Shown here in pieces: positions 48,862 to 60,267 of a stretch of DNA of 64,000 bases. The translations under genes and the position numbers were made by a program. How positions within the stretch are numbered: position 1 is the first letter of the stretch; every line of letters starts with the position of its first letter. Source of the DNA: Coniocarpon cinnabarinum (Eukaryota); contig JAVECO010000062.1 of the NCBI GenBank assembly GCA_051942205.1, positions 1 through 64,000 of the forward strand. The letters are read 5' to 3'. Below the pieces are notes generated by a model. That model made no database searches and was not told where the DNA came from. It worked only from the letters and a program-made list of their open reading frames with translations.

Positions 48862-50991
48862 CTATTGCATTGGTGGTCTACCATCAGTCGCTGCCCATTT
48901 TCTCGGCCGCTTGGGTTTTCTTGAGCATCTGCTCTGTGGCGGCTCCTCGTGTGGCTGGCCTGTTGGATGAACTGGAGCTTGAATCAGGGGGCGGTGCTGG
49001 TGCAACACAGGTTCATCGAGGTTTGGCAGCAAGTTTCGAGATGTCTCCAGCTCTGAAGAGCGATGCGAAAGCTCTTCGCTCTCGCGCGCAGAGGGTTCGT
49101 CGCTCAAAGTGATGACAGACTCCCCCCCTTCCGAGCTACGTGTCTCACGTTTTCCAATTTGGCTCCTGCTCTCGTTGTGGGCCTGATCAGAGGGATTTTG
49201 GTGTGGAAGCTGCCCTGTTAAATTCACAAGCCTTTCCGATCTAGCTACACGTGGCTGGTGATGCTCAAGATTTCCTGCTTCTGTGACTTTCGACTTCGTG
49301 CGCCGCCACATATCAGTCAGAGTGCTCATTGCTGAGTGGTCGTTTTTCCATGTAGGCGGCGGTGATGTAGTGTTTGCACGACTCGTAATGTTCGGAATCT
49401 GGCACAGAATATGACTTTGTTTGCTGGAATCTGCTCCTGCTGGATACTCTCCAGGTTGCTGGGTCGTTTGTGTATGTGGAGAGTGCGATGTTCCTTCTCC
49501 TGGCACGGGTATTGCACGATTTGCAAACAGCTGCTCACTGATATCAATCGCAATGTCTACAAAGAGAGCAAAAACCTGGTCTAAGGGAACATGTGCTGGG
49601 AGTAAGCCCTGAAAGGTGTGATAGCCACACCCATGCAAACTCCCGAATTGGGTTTGCAACTGACGCATTGTCTCTTGTTGTTCTCTGAAGGTCGTCTGAA
49701 ATGAACAGGACGTCACCGATCCGTAGAAGTGCTCCTCGTGCATATTGAATACATTTGTCTTGATTGCAGACCATTCAGGTGGCAAAGATATTACTCGGCT
49801 AGCGACAGATTCTTTTGGTGCTGAATCGTCTGCGTCTAACTCGCGATGCTGCCTGCCCAGGGTCTTGTGCAAGATCAGACTCCGACCCTGAACGTCTCTG
49901 TGTCTAAGAATGATCCAAATTGGGAGGTGTGCTCCAGCCTGGACCGTACTTAATTTTGCATCTCCTTGCCAGCAGCATACAGCTTTGTCACTATACTTGC
50001 GCAAGTGTTGGTGATTTGGTGTAAATGAGGCCTGAAGGACGATCTGTCCTGCAATAGAGAGCTGAAACCTTGACGATGGATGACTAGGTCGATAGGGTAT
50101 CTTGAGCTCTGCTTGGACCGGATTATTCCCTACTATAAGGGTTGCCCCATCGTACAGCATTTGTGGTAGTCCAGATGGGGATCTCGGAGACACAACATCA
50201 CCGCCATGGCCATGCAATTCTATGCCTCCTACGCTGGAGTGTGGTCCGCACTTTGGCCTTGAGTCAAGGTAGCGAAGATACTGAACCATGACGTCGACAA
50301 ATAGCGCAAAGAAGATGGAGAGAGGCAGATGTGAAGGGAGCATGCCCTGAAGAAGAAACGAATCTGTGTCGGTGGTTGTTGTACGAGTTCTCGTCCGGGC
50401 GCCCAATAGCTCTTGTTCTTCCCCGCGGTGGATGATCCTCATGCGGCAGCATGATTCTTGCCCTTCCTGAGCAGGATACAGGTAGAGCCCAACTGACTCA
50501 GGTGTAGTAGCAGCCCAGACTTTGCCAGCTAAACATTCAGCACTGAAGTTCTCGCCCGGCATTAATAGCTCCCAGCTCTCTTGTGGGTGTCGGATAAATA
50601 GCCAGCTTTGGGGTGTGTCGTTCTCACCCTGATATGCAAGCGACCATAGATGGTGCGGAGTCTTAAGTGCTTCAAATTCAGTCACTCTCATATGACCTCT
50701 GAAGCAACGAAAACAACTTGGGTCATACCCCAAAGCGGTAAAGAATCTCGAGTAATTCTCCTCAGCCGTCAGGTCTTTGTAAACAGCCTGCAAGACGTAC
50801 TGCGAATCGATTACCAAGCAAAAATGTGAGCCTGGACCAGTTTTTGTAGGAGCATACAGTTTTGCCTGGACAGGCCGATCGCCAAGGACAAGCGCATCGG
50901 CATCATATTGTGTACTCTTGGGATAGCTTCCTGCTCTCCAGCTGTGTTTAGATCTTCTGCGCATTTCTGACGACGTATCAAAGGCGAGCAA
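48862..50991 (-). CDS. Orphan protein with two diverged tandem domains (start uncertain; first ATG at 50964)
   Basis: Uninterrupted 709-codon ORF with a clear internal duplication. Confidence 0.65.
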   Translation of the reverse strand: MLAFDTSSEMRRRSKHSWRAGSYPKSTQYDADALVLGDRPVQAKLYAPTKTGPGSHFCLVIDSQYVLQAVYKDLTAEENYSRFFTALGYDPSCFRCFRGHMRVTEFEALKTPHHLWSLAYQGENDTPQSWLFIRHPQESWELLMPGENFSAECLAGKVWAATTPESVGLYLYPAQEGQESCCRMRIIHRGEEQELLGARTRTRTTTTDTDSFLLQGMLPSHLPLSIFFALFVDVMVQYLRYLDSRPKCGPHSSVGGIELHGHGGDVVSPRSPSGLPQMLYDGATLIVGNNPVQAELKIPYRPSHPSSRFQLSIAGQIVLQASFTPNHQHLRKYSDKAVCCWQGDAKLSTVQAGAHLPIWIILRHRDVQGRSLILHKTLGRQHRELDADDSAPKESVASRVISLPPEWSAIKTNVFNMHEEHFYGSVTSCSFQTTFREQQETMRQLQTQFGSLHGCGYHTFQGLLPAHVPLDQVFALFVDIAIDISEQLFANRAIPVPGEGTSHSPHTQTTQQPGEYPAGADSSKQSHILCQIPNITSRANTTSPPPTWKNDHSAMSTLTDMWRRTKSKVTEAGNLEHHQPRVARSERLVNLTGQLPHQNPSDQAHNESRSQIGKRETRSSEGGESVITLSDEPSARESEELSHRSSELETSRNLLPNLDEPVLHQHRPLIQAPVHPTGQPHEEPPQSRCSRKPKRPRKWAATDGRPPMQ

Positions 50992-51389
50992 TAATATGAG
51001 CGGCTGTGTGCTGCAGATGTGATATCATTATTTTCAACACCTGAAGATCATGTCGGCATTCAGTCCTATGGCGACGAGCTGCTCTGCGGATGTATGCCCA
51101 AGCACCAGGTGGGCAAATAAACGCCATTAATGTCTGTTTCGCGGACATTTCCCCAAACAATACGTGGCCACAGGCGATCACGCACGAAATCCCCAGCAAA
51201 TCTTCGAATGATCCTGTCGCTCGGGAGACTTCAGTGACCGAGCGCATAGTGCACTCTGATCGCCTGAGAAAAGTTCCTAGGAGATTCAAACCAAATCGAG
51301 CATGAATGACAGATGGATGGTGTGACTTCACTTCATAGGGCTAATATTTCAACCAGGGTACCGGAGCATAGCCTCGCGGCCGTTTTTCG

Positions 51390-52556
51390 TCAGGATCTTA
51401 GTGCATTCGAAGTCACTCGGTCCTTCGATACAGCCAATTCTTGAACTATCGCTCTGACCGCAGCTTTCCCTTCACGGCGGTCCATCACCTCATGATGGAG
51501 AGCCTTCGGCGCTGAGACGTAGTTCACTTCCAGACCTGTTGCTTTCGCAAGTCCAAGCAGCTCTTCTCCGTGGTATGAGGGTACTACTTCATCTTGCTCC
51601 GCGGTCATCAAAAGTACTTTGGGGGGCTGCGACTGAGTAGCTATGCTTTTAAGAGCAGTGTAGTTGTCCCACCAGTTCCAGAGAAAAGGCCATAGATAGC
51701 GATATGGTAGCCACTTTTGCGGATAAAGCGAAATGAGCATTTCTTTGATGGATATGAAAGGCGTCTCCATGATCAGTCCGTCGATAGCATGGGATCCGGC
51801 CGCAAGATTTGCGGCGACGGCAGCGCCTAAGCTCTGACCCCACAGGACAGTTCTCGATTCTTTGCTGCTGCAAGCGCGAGTCCACTGTAGCGCTGCCTGT
51901 GCGTCTTGCGCAATGCCCGCCCCGTGAGGTCGGCCTGACGATTTCCAATAGCCTCTATACGAAAGCGCCACAATCCGCACAGGCAGGGATGTTCCTGCTG
52001 AACTCAACGATTGCAATACCGACGTCAGTAGTGGGAGTCTAGGAGGCGTCGATGATCCGTTGCCTATCGAGTATTAGCATTGTCAAGGTGAAAGCAGGTG
52101 CATCCTGCAACCTTGAAAGTAAAGCACATTGATGACTCGTCGAGCTTCTGTGTCTCTACAAATTTGGTTTTCGGCAATGCAAATAGCCAGACGGGTACCA
52201 TCAAAGGACCTTATGGTCTCCTCACGCCACACGATTGGAGCACAAGTCCTTTCGTAGTCCTCGATTCTCTCCTTGCGCGAGAAAGGAGGAATGGAGGGCA
52301 TGTAGAGAATCTTGTTCTGGAAAACAACCATCATTACACATTTGTATGTCCACAGCATGACCACCAAGCCTGCGAAAATGGCAGGCGGCTTGAGTATCGC
52401 CAGAGCGGCATCCTGGAGATAGGTGCGCTCTTGTGCGCGCGGATGCAAACGCGATTTATCTGGTAGATGAACCAACTGGGGGAGTCTCCTCGCCGCAGGT
52501 TTTGCCTTGCAGACTAAGCTACGAGACCCACTACAAGATCGAGACCAGACACGCAT
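51390..52556 (-). CDS. Alpha/beta hydrolase, Bem46/ABHD13-like; one intron near 52064-52113
   Basis: VFQNKILYM, LYFQG|NG, LSYRGYWKSSG, nucleophile WGQSLG, DEVVP and C-terminal His. Confidence 0.88.
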
Positions 52557-52894
52557 CGAGGCAAATCATGGTTGCCAGTGTCCCGGGGAAACACCCATTA
52601 GCACATGCTCTCGTCGCTCAGGAGTAACGTATGTGAACTATTCCGTCAGAATCGTCCCAGGTAATTTCGTGCAGCCTTCGCGGACCCTGCCCCTTCGGAG
52701 TTTATGTCGACCCGACTTGGCAGATACGGACCGAGCTGCCTCGGCCATCTAGCTCTCGTCTCAGGCTGTATCACATTTCCCAGCCGAGTTTCAACGGCAA
52801 GGATGGCTCCTACTTCTGAGGCAGCGCAGGAAGCTTTGCTGACCTCAAAACCTACGTTGAATCTCTCACACCCCCTCCAAGTAGTTCGGGCGCA

Positions 52895-54056
52895 ATGGCA
52901 GACACCGTCGACCTGAACACAATCGCCTACGATGCACCACTCTCTTTCCAATTGCCTTCTCCGAAATGGATCAGTGCGCAAACACGCAAAGGCCTCCTCA
53001 GCACATACCTCACCATCCCTGACGCCGACTTGACCGGAAAGTGGGTGCTGATCACAGGCGCCAACAATGGCATCGGCCGAGAAGCAGCGCTGCGAATGGC
53101 ATCATGGGGTGCGAACATTGTGCTCGCGTGTCGGAATCCCCCGCCGCATGAGACCCATCCGGAAGACGTGGTGTCAGAGTGCCTCATCGCCGCGCGGAGC
53201 CGAGGGATAAAAGAGTCTTTGTTCGAGTGGTGGGAGGTGGACTTTGCGCGACTGAGCAGCGTCGAGGCACTGGCTAAAAAGTGGTTGGACAGTGGACGAG
53301 TGTTGGACGTGCTGTGCAACAACGCGGGCATGGGAAGCAGTCCGGCTGGGCAGAATCGGAATTTCTATACAAAAGATGGGTTTGAGATCATACACCAAGT
53401 GAGGCAGGATGATATCGTTGTGGTGCGACACGCCTCGTTGCGGGTACTGACCAAAAGGATAGGTGAACTTTTTGTCTCATGTGCTCTTAACATTGCATCT
53501 GCTGCCGAGCATCGCACGATCGTCCCACGCGCGCATCGTCTGCACAACGTCGTGTCTTCACTATCCCGGCATCTACGATCTCGACAATTTCAACGGCGAG
53601 AAAATCCGCACTGGCTTAGGTGGCGTCCAGTACTACAAGGACAGCAAGCTGTACTTTCAGATATGGCTGACCGAGTTGCAACGTCGCCTGTCTCAGCATA
53701 GTCAATACAAACACATTGTGGTCAATGGAATCCACCCTGGTTATGCCAATACCGGCGTGTGGCACCTAAATGACGGTGCCTTCTCCAATTTGACAGGCGG
53801 AACTCTTGTGCGGTTTTTGGTCACGTTGTGGGGCATCACATCAGAGCAGGGCAGTCTTGCAATCACCTATGCCGCCTCGTCGGCGGAGGCGGGCAGCGGA
53901 GGGGGAAGATATTTCAATAGGATATTCGAGGAGGAGGCAATCCCACACACTCGAGACCCTGATGCTCGCTTGCGGGTCTGGCGGAAAGTGAATGATGAGC
54001 TGAAGTTGGAGGATAAGGGCCTGCTGGAGGTTGTGGGCTTGAGCTACACCGCATGA
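52895..54056 (+). CDS. SDR, retinol-dehydrogenase/WWOX-like; intron 53399-53462
   Basis: ITGANNGIG, LCNNAG, HQ|VNFLSH, catalytic YKDSK and IHPGY. Confidence 0.9.
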
Positions 54057-56146
54057 GTCGCCCCTGGGGTTTGCGGCTTTTACTGTGCGAGCTTCACATG
54101 CGGACAGATAGTATCCAGGCAGACCGAATTGCGTTGAGGGTGTGAAGACGAAAGCTCACTGGGCTGGAACACCCTTGCTCGGGCATCATATCTGCAAGTG
54201 GTCTCAAGGTAAGGTAGGTTCTTGCGGCCAGAGATTGGAGACTGGGTTGTCTGGCCCGGCCCGCCATCGCGGCGAACGTCCCTGTAGTTAGCTTTGGATC
54301 AAAAGGCTTCGTATTCCGCCTCGAATTGAAGAGAGGTGTGACCGTTGGTTACCAACATGAGCCCCGGACGCGTTCAAATTCATGTTTGCTACGAGAACGT
54401 CGCGACGGAGGTGGCATGGTAGCGGTCGGCGTTGTGCTCGAAAATGGACTGTGCGATAAGAAGAGTGGCTTGTTCGAGCAGGTCGGTGGTCTGTGGCACA
54501 TGATTCGGCGTGGATCAGCAGCGGTCACTGCAGCTGAAAGCATTCAGGGACGGAGTGCGGCTGGCTTGGGACTGTTCCCGCGCGCAGGCGATATGGGTGC
54601 TGATAATGACGTGCCAGCGGGGGATCATTACGGCACGCTATCTTCATCTTCGCGATAGCAGACACGCCGTGACGCCCTGTCGTGCCTGTGCTGTCGCAGA
54701 GCTGTCAAGTGCTAGGGCCGTCGGATGCGGTCCATGCCGTGCAGTAGTGCAGTCGTCCGTCGATCCCGCGCACTGCAGGCAAGCAGACTGGGTAGAGAGA
54801 AGGGCTGATCACCTGAGCGACGAAGTTGCGTGCTGGACGATTCGGCTGCGTACAATGCAATGGTAGGATCGCCTGCCTAAACGGACCAACACGACCATTG
54901 AGCCATTGTGCCATTGCACCAACCTTCGCCCCACCAACAGCGTTGCTCCCACTGAGGCTCTGCGCATTCTGCGCGTTCAATCGGGGCGTTGGCCGTCGGT
55001 CATGTGCCAGCGCCTGCGGTGGGGGGATCCTGAAGACGAGCAGAGACATGACATCCATTGAGTTCATCCCACCCCGGCTCTACTGCCTGGGCGGGCATGG
55101 ACTGCCCTTGTGCGGCGACGAAGCTAGCAAAGCACAGGATGGAGAGATGGCCGGCAGTTGTCGCTGGCGTGCTGGCTCCATTGGCGCGCACCCAACCAGG
55201 GATGAGGCTCGTCGAGTCTGCGTGTGCTCAAGCTACAGCATGTGTCGCCACGGCCATGGACGCGTCCAACTTGGCATGCTGCGAGGCTTCAGAGCGGTGG
55301 TCGAGAGAGCTGGACGAGAGTGTGGCGGCTTGATCAATCAGGACGAAGCGCGACACAGTGAGGGCAAAGCGTCGCCCCCTGATCTCCTTTGCAGAAGCGC
55401 AAGCACGCAAGCACACGCAAAGCCACACCGCTGATTGGCCGGTCCCTCTCAACGTCTACTTGCACACTTGCACACTTGCACACTTCCATCCTCTTGCCCT
55501 CCTGTCTCCTTCGCCTGCTACCGTTGCGCCTGCCTCTTTGCTCATTTCTCTTATCGCTCCGGCCCCCTTAGTCGCCTCATAGCCGGCGTCGCTATTGCAG
55601 TAGGCCTCATGCGCCACCAGCTGCTTCGTCTACACCGTCCACGCTAGATTGCTCTTTGACCCGCGGCGGCGGCTTTGACAACCGTCGCCTGCAGCGTGCC
55701 ATCGCCTATCATCGACGACGGCGTACTACCTGCTGCGTTTTGATGTGACCATCTCGTTCCTGCGCCAGTCGGCCTCCTCTGGGTCTTGTGCAAGCGCTGC
55801 ACTCGGCGCGCTCGACGACAGAGATGCTGTTGGCCGGATGGGTAAAGTGGTGCCCACACTCCTTGTACCGCGTAGATCATGCTTGACCCTCCACGCCAAC
55901 TCGTCGTTCGTCCCCCTCGCAAGTGTTGCATTGGTCCTTTCAGCTCGCGTTCGCCATCGTCCAAGTCGATGGAATACTTAAGCTTGCTTGCATTCCCTTT
56001 TACCAGCCGTTTCTTCCTCTCTTCATCCCAAGAGCTTCAAAGCTTCTCTTCAAAGACAGAGACCGAGGCAAGACCGCAGACTTCACGCTCATTCGCTCTC
56101 TTCACTCATTACAGTCATCGCAAGCTAGTCTCAACATTCTCTCACT

Positions 56147-57334
56147 ATGAAGAACACCATTGCTATCGCGGCCCTGGCTGGCCTGGCGGCCGCCGGCCCC
56201 ATTGAGATCGAGAAGCGCGCGACCCGCTTCACAGTCAACCAGGAATCCACTGGCATGAAGCAGGTCAAGAGCGGCGCGAACGCCTATGCCAAAGCCCTCG
56301 GCAAGTTTGGTGCGCCGGTGCCAGACAACGTCCAGGCAGCAGCCGCGGCGCAAGCTACTGGCAGCGTGCCCGCCAACCCCGACGACAACGACGTGCAGTA
56401 CACCAGCCCCGTTCGAGTCGGCACCAATGGCAACACCCTCCAGCTCGACTTCGACACCGGCTCTGCTGATCTCTGGGTCTTCTCGTCGGAGACGCCCCGC
56501 AATCTGGCTGCCGGCCACACCACCTACAACACCGCCTCGGGCACTCGCCTTCAGGGCGCATCGTGGAACATCAGCTACGGCGACGGCTCGGGCGCTGCGG
56601 GCGACGTCTACACCGATCGTGTTGCTGTCGGTGCGGTGACGGCCACTCGCCAGGCTGTCGAGGCCGCCACCGCCATCTCGGGCGGCCCCGGCGGTCAAGA
56701 CTTCGCAGGCAGCGACGGCCTGCTCGGTCTCGCCTCCTCCACCATCAACACCGTCCGCCCACAGCGCCAGACGACCTTCTTCGACACCGTCAAGGGCCAG
56801 CTCGATGCTCCGCTCTTCACCGCAACCTTGAAGCACCAAGCTCCCGGCTCCTACGACTTCGGCTACATCGACAACTCGAAGCACACGGGCACCATCAACT
56901 ATGCCCCCGTCGACTTTTCCAACGGTTTCTGGCAGTTCAACGTCGACTCTTACTCTGTTGGCAGCAGCTCAGGTCGCTACGGCAGCGCCATTGCTGACAC
57001 GGGCACCACCCTCCTCCTCGCCCCCAGCGCCGTCGTGACTGCCTACTACAGGGGCGTGAGCGGCGCTCGCAATGACCCTCAGCAGGGCGGATACACCGTC
57101 CCCTGCAGCGCTTCCCTCCCCGACCTCACCCTCACCATCAGCGGAAACGACATCACAGTCCCCGGCGATCTGATCAACTTCGCACCCCTTGAGGAAGGCT
57201 CAAGCACCTGCTTCGGAGGTCTCCAGAGCGACGCCGGCATCGGCTTCTCCATCCTTGGTGACATCTTCCTCAAGGCCGTCTACGCCGTCTTCGACCAGGG
57301 CAACTCCCGCTTTGGCTTTGCCCCACAGGCATGA
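56147..57334 (+). CDS. Secreted pepsin-family aspartic protease (penicillopepsin/aspergillopepsin-like), intronless
   Basis: Signal peptide and propeptide, FDTGSADLWV and IADTGTT catalytic motifs, SILGDIFLK, and strong C-ending codon bias. Confidence 0.96.
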   Translation: MKNTIAIAALAGLAAAGPIEIEKRATRFTVNQESTGMKQVKSGANAYAKALGKFGAPVPDNVQAAAAAQATGSVPANPDDNDVQYTSPVRVGTNGNTLQLDFDTGSADLWVFSSETPRNLAAGHTTYNTASGTRLQGASWNISYGDGSGAAGDVYTDRVAVGAVTATRQAVEAATAISGGPGGQDFAGSDGLLGLASSTINTVRPQRQTTFFDTVKGQLDAPLFTATLKHQAPGSYDFGYIDNSKHTGTINYAPVDFSNGFWQFNVDSYSVGSSSGRYGSAIADTGTTLLLAPSAVVTAYYRGVSGARNDPQQGGYTVPCSASLPDLTLTISGNDITVPGDLINFAPLEEGSSTCFGGLQSDAGIGFSILGDIFLKAVYAVFDQGNSRFGFAPQA

Positions 57335-57864
57335 GTTGATCGTCTTCGAGATAGTATGCATTGGATGTGGAAGTTGTGCATGAGACGGAGTTGTGGGACA
57401 TGCTCACGGCATCAGTGGACGAGCAAGATGGCCAGCATTGCATGATGAGAGTCCGTGTTATGATTTTGAACGTTTTTTCACGCCATTCTGTAGATATTTC
57501 TTTTCGTATGGAATTCACACTATTCGGGCCCGAATTGGTTTTCAAACCCTCCGCGATATTTCAAGCCTTGCAAGTGTGCTCTGCGTATTGCTGATATCGT
57601 GAACCATCAAACTCCATAGCGTAGAGATGTCTGCGCTTGCTCATGGCTTTTAACGCCTTGAGCCCGGAAGATCGCTGTTAGGTAGATATTAGATATCAGG
57701 CAGTCCGTAGGTAGCTTGTTTACAGTGTGATCGTGGTCTAGCTCAATGGCTTATTGGTGCCTTGAAGTTGAGGCTTCAACCCAGCGTTTCCTATGAAATG
57801 CAGACGAATACCAGCACCTCTTGACCCCCTCAGTATTAAAATTGTGTCTGCATCGGCATTCAAT

Positions 57865-58962
57865 ATGTCAGGGGCAACGCAGACGCCTGAAACATCGCAC
57901 AAAAGGCATAGAGATCATGAGCGCTCCTCCAATAAGAGCTCCCACAAGAAGCGCAAGAGAGACGGCGAGCGAGAGGATTTGAATGCGGACGACACCAGAG
58001 CCTCACCAACGAAGAAGCGAAGGAGAAAAGAACGGGATCGAGATGCGCACATGTCCTCTGGAAAGTATGGGAAAAGCAAATCTAGACCTTCTAAAACCGC
58101 CCTAGAAGAATCTCAGCAATCTACCCAGTCGCAGACCACACCGCCTCAACCGGCGCCGCTTTCGCCCTTTGCGCTTCAGACCACCTCGTTGTACCTTCCA
58201 CTCAGCCCGATTGCTCAAGCGTCCCCCACAGCTGGCTTATGTGCGGAGCACCTCTCCCCTCTCATCCTTACCTACGTGCCCGCACTGGGCGGAATCCTTC
58301 TCTCATACAACAACACCCGTGTGTCAAGTACTCTCCCTGGCAGCTCGAGAGACCTCACAAAAGATGCCGATGTAGTAGTAGGCAAGACCATGGACGAGTA
58401 CGCTTTCAGTTATGCATGGCTCACAGCAGACTTCCTGCTGCTGAAGCCAACACCCGGAGCAGAGATGGAGGGCTACGTCAATGTACAGAATGAAAGCCGC
58501 CTTGGCGTGCTATGCTGGAACCTGTTTAATGCAAGCATTGAGCGAAAAAGATTGCCAAAGGACTGGCGATGGGATGGCCCGACATCAAGACGACGCTCTT
58601 CAGCTCAGCCGCGACAGACTGAAATAGAAGACGGGGAAGGGCGAGATGATAATGCTCCGCAGCAAGAGCCAGAACCGGAAGGTGGCTTTCTCGATGGAAA
58701 CGCGGAAGCTGTCATGGGCCGCAAGGTGAAGTTCAAGATGATTGACTGGGAGCTGGACCAGAGTGGAAAACCGGTCGACGCGAGCTCTACGACCTCCAGC
58801 CTGGTCAGCTTCGAGGGCACAATGCTGAATGACGAGGAGGAAGAGAAGCTGCTGCGGCAGGCAAAGATCAAGGAGGCTGATAGGTTGGCCACGATCAGGA
58901 AAGCAAGGGAAAGAAAACTCAAAGCTCGTCATAAAGCACAGTCTGCAAATGCAGAGGAATGA
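57865..58962 (+). CDS. RPA43: RNA polymerase I subunit A43
   Basis: SLYLPLSPI..EHLSPLILTY..LGGILLSY, WLTADFLLLKP..EGYVNVQ..LGVLCWNLFNASI..LPKDW. Confidence 0.88.
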   Translation: MSGATQTPETSHKRHRDHERSSNKSSHKKRKRDGEREDLNADDTRASPTKKRRRKERDRDAHMSSGKYGKSKSRPSKTALEESQQSTQSQTTPPQPAPLSPFALQTTSLYLPLSPIAQASPTAGLCAEHLSPLILTYVPALGGILLSYNNTRVSSTLPGSSRDLTKDADVVVGKTMDEYAFSYAWLTADFLLLKPTPGAEMEGYVNVQNESRLGVLCWNLFNASIERKRLPKDWRWDGPTSRRRSSAQPRQTEIEDGEGRDDNAPQQEPEPEGGFLDGNAEAVMGRKVKFKMIDWELDQSGKPVDASSTTSSLVSFEGTMLNDEEEEKLLRQAKIKEADRLATIRKARERKLKARHKAQSANAEE

Positions 58963-59178
58963 ACCAATACACAGTTCAAATCTTTAGCCAGATATAGCCG
59001 CCATCACACAGCGTGTGGCCTGCAGCTCCATATTGTCATTCACTACTCTCGCACAGAATAACTATGGATCATATGGGCATCATAGTTGGATCTCTATCGT
59101 TTGGGAAATTCTAAATGCAACAAGCATCAGGGAGGACCAAACTGCGTGGACAAGGACAAGAGCTTGATCAGGAAAACC

Positions 59179-60267
59179 TCAGAAGCCCGCTCCGACGTAC
59201 ACTGACTCCCCTCCGCCGTACCAGGAGCGTCCTTTGCGACATTCGAGAGCCTTCTCATGGCCTACTGTCCAATTACCCCTGAGCTTCTGCACTTTACCCG
59301 GTGCGGGCCACGTCTCCAGTTCCAGCCAATTGTTCAGCTCTTCAATCGTCCTGATCAGAGTCGCCACCGCTTCACGATCCACTTCAACGGCGCTGTTCGT
59401 GAGATTCTTCTGAAACCCGTTCTGATTATTGAATCGAGCAATTGTTAGATGAGCAGAAGGCACCGTATACCTGGGCGTGATGTCAACGGCTGTCGCTCTC
59501 GTCATAGCGAAGACGTCGCGCCTCAGATGGTGATAGGTGTATTCGTCTGCCTCGAGGTTGCGAGCGTGTCCAGCAGTGTCAGGCTCGCCCGCAGCTGGCA
59601 CAAATGTCAGTGCCAGAGCTGCGGCGTCATAGCATATCAGTGGCTTGACTAGACGAGCTCTGTGAATAGACGTCCACTCGGCAATGGTGCGGATCGCCTG
59701 AGTGCCTATCTGGTCGAGCATTCGCTGTACTTGAGCCTCCGTACTTCCGGTCATGACCTCCAACGTAGTCATGTGCAGGTTTTCAAGCGGCATTAGCCAC
59801 AGCGCTACAAAAGGCCAGTCAGTATACGCCACTGCTCGGTTGGTCGAGCCCTTATCGTGCGTCCCTTACTTGGCGCGACCTTTGTCAATTGCTCTTGGAG
59901 CTGCCGGACAATCTCTCTGATCCAGGAGGGAGGCCTGGCCCAGAACGTCAAGTTCACTCGTGGATCAGTGTATCCTGGTTCTCGGTGGGGACCACTGAGC
60001 TTGACCAGGAATGGGTCAAGTGTCCATCCCGTGAATTCTGGACTGAGAATCTTCGCCTTCTGTTGCGCGTTACGAGTCACACGATGTTTCTCGTAGAGGG
60101 CTTGGAGAACCTGCTGTTCGAATTGGTCAACCAGGTCAGTAAGCTCAATTGCTGTAAAGTTCGCTTACAGCGCTGTTATCCGACGCCGATATTAGGTTGC
60201 TATAAGGATTCTCTTGCGTTTGACCTGCATCTACGCCAGAGCAACCCTCAACCTGGACTTGCGCCAT
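59179..60267 (-). CDS. 2H phosphoesterase (RNA ligase / cyclic nucleotide phosphodiesterase-like), 3 exons
   Basis: Two HxT motifs (NLHMT, SAHLT), HRVTRNAQQKAKIL, DPRVNLTFWARP and GRSWYGGG. ATG 60267 is inferred. Confidence 0.82.

Noticed and set aside
57733..57790. tRNA-like A box (TAGCTCAATGG) and small hairpin GTTGA-GGCT-TCAAC
   Set aside because: No proper B box (GGTTCRANYC) and I could not fold an acceptor stem or cloverleaf. tRNAscan-SE would settle it.
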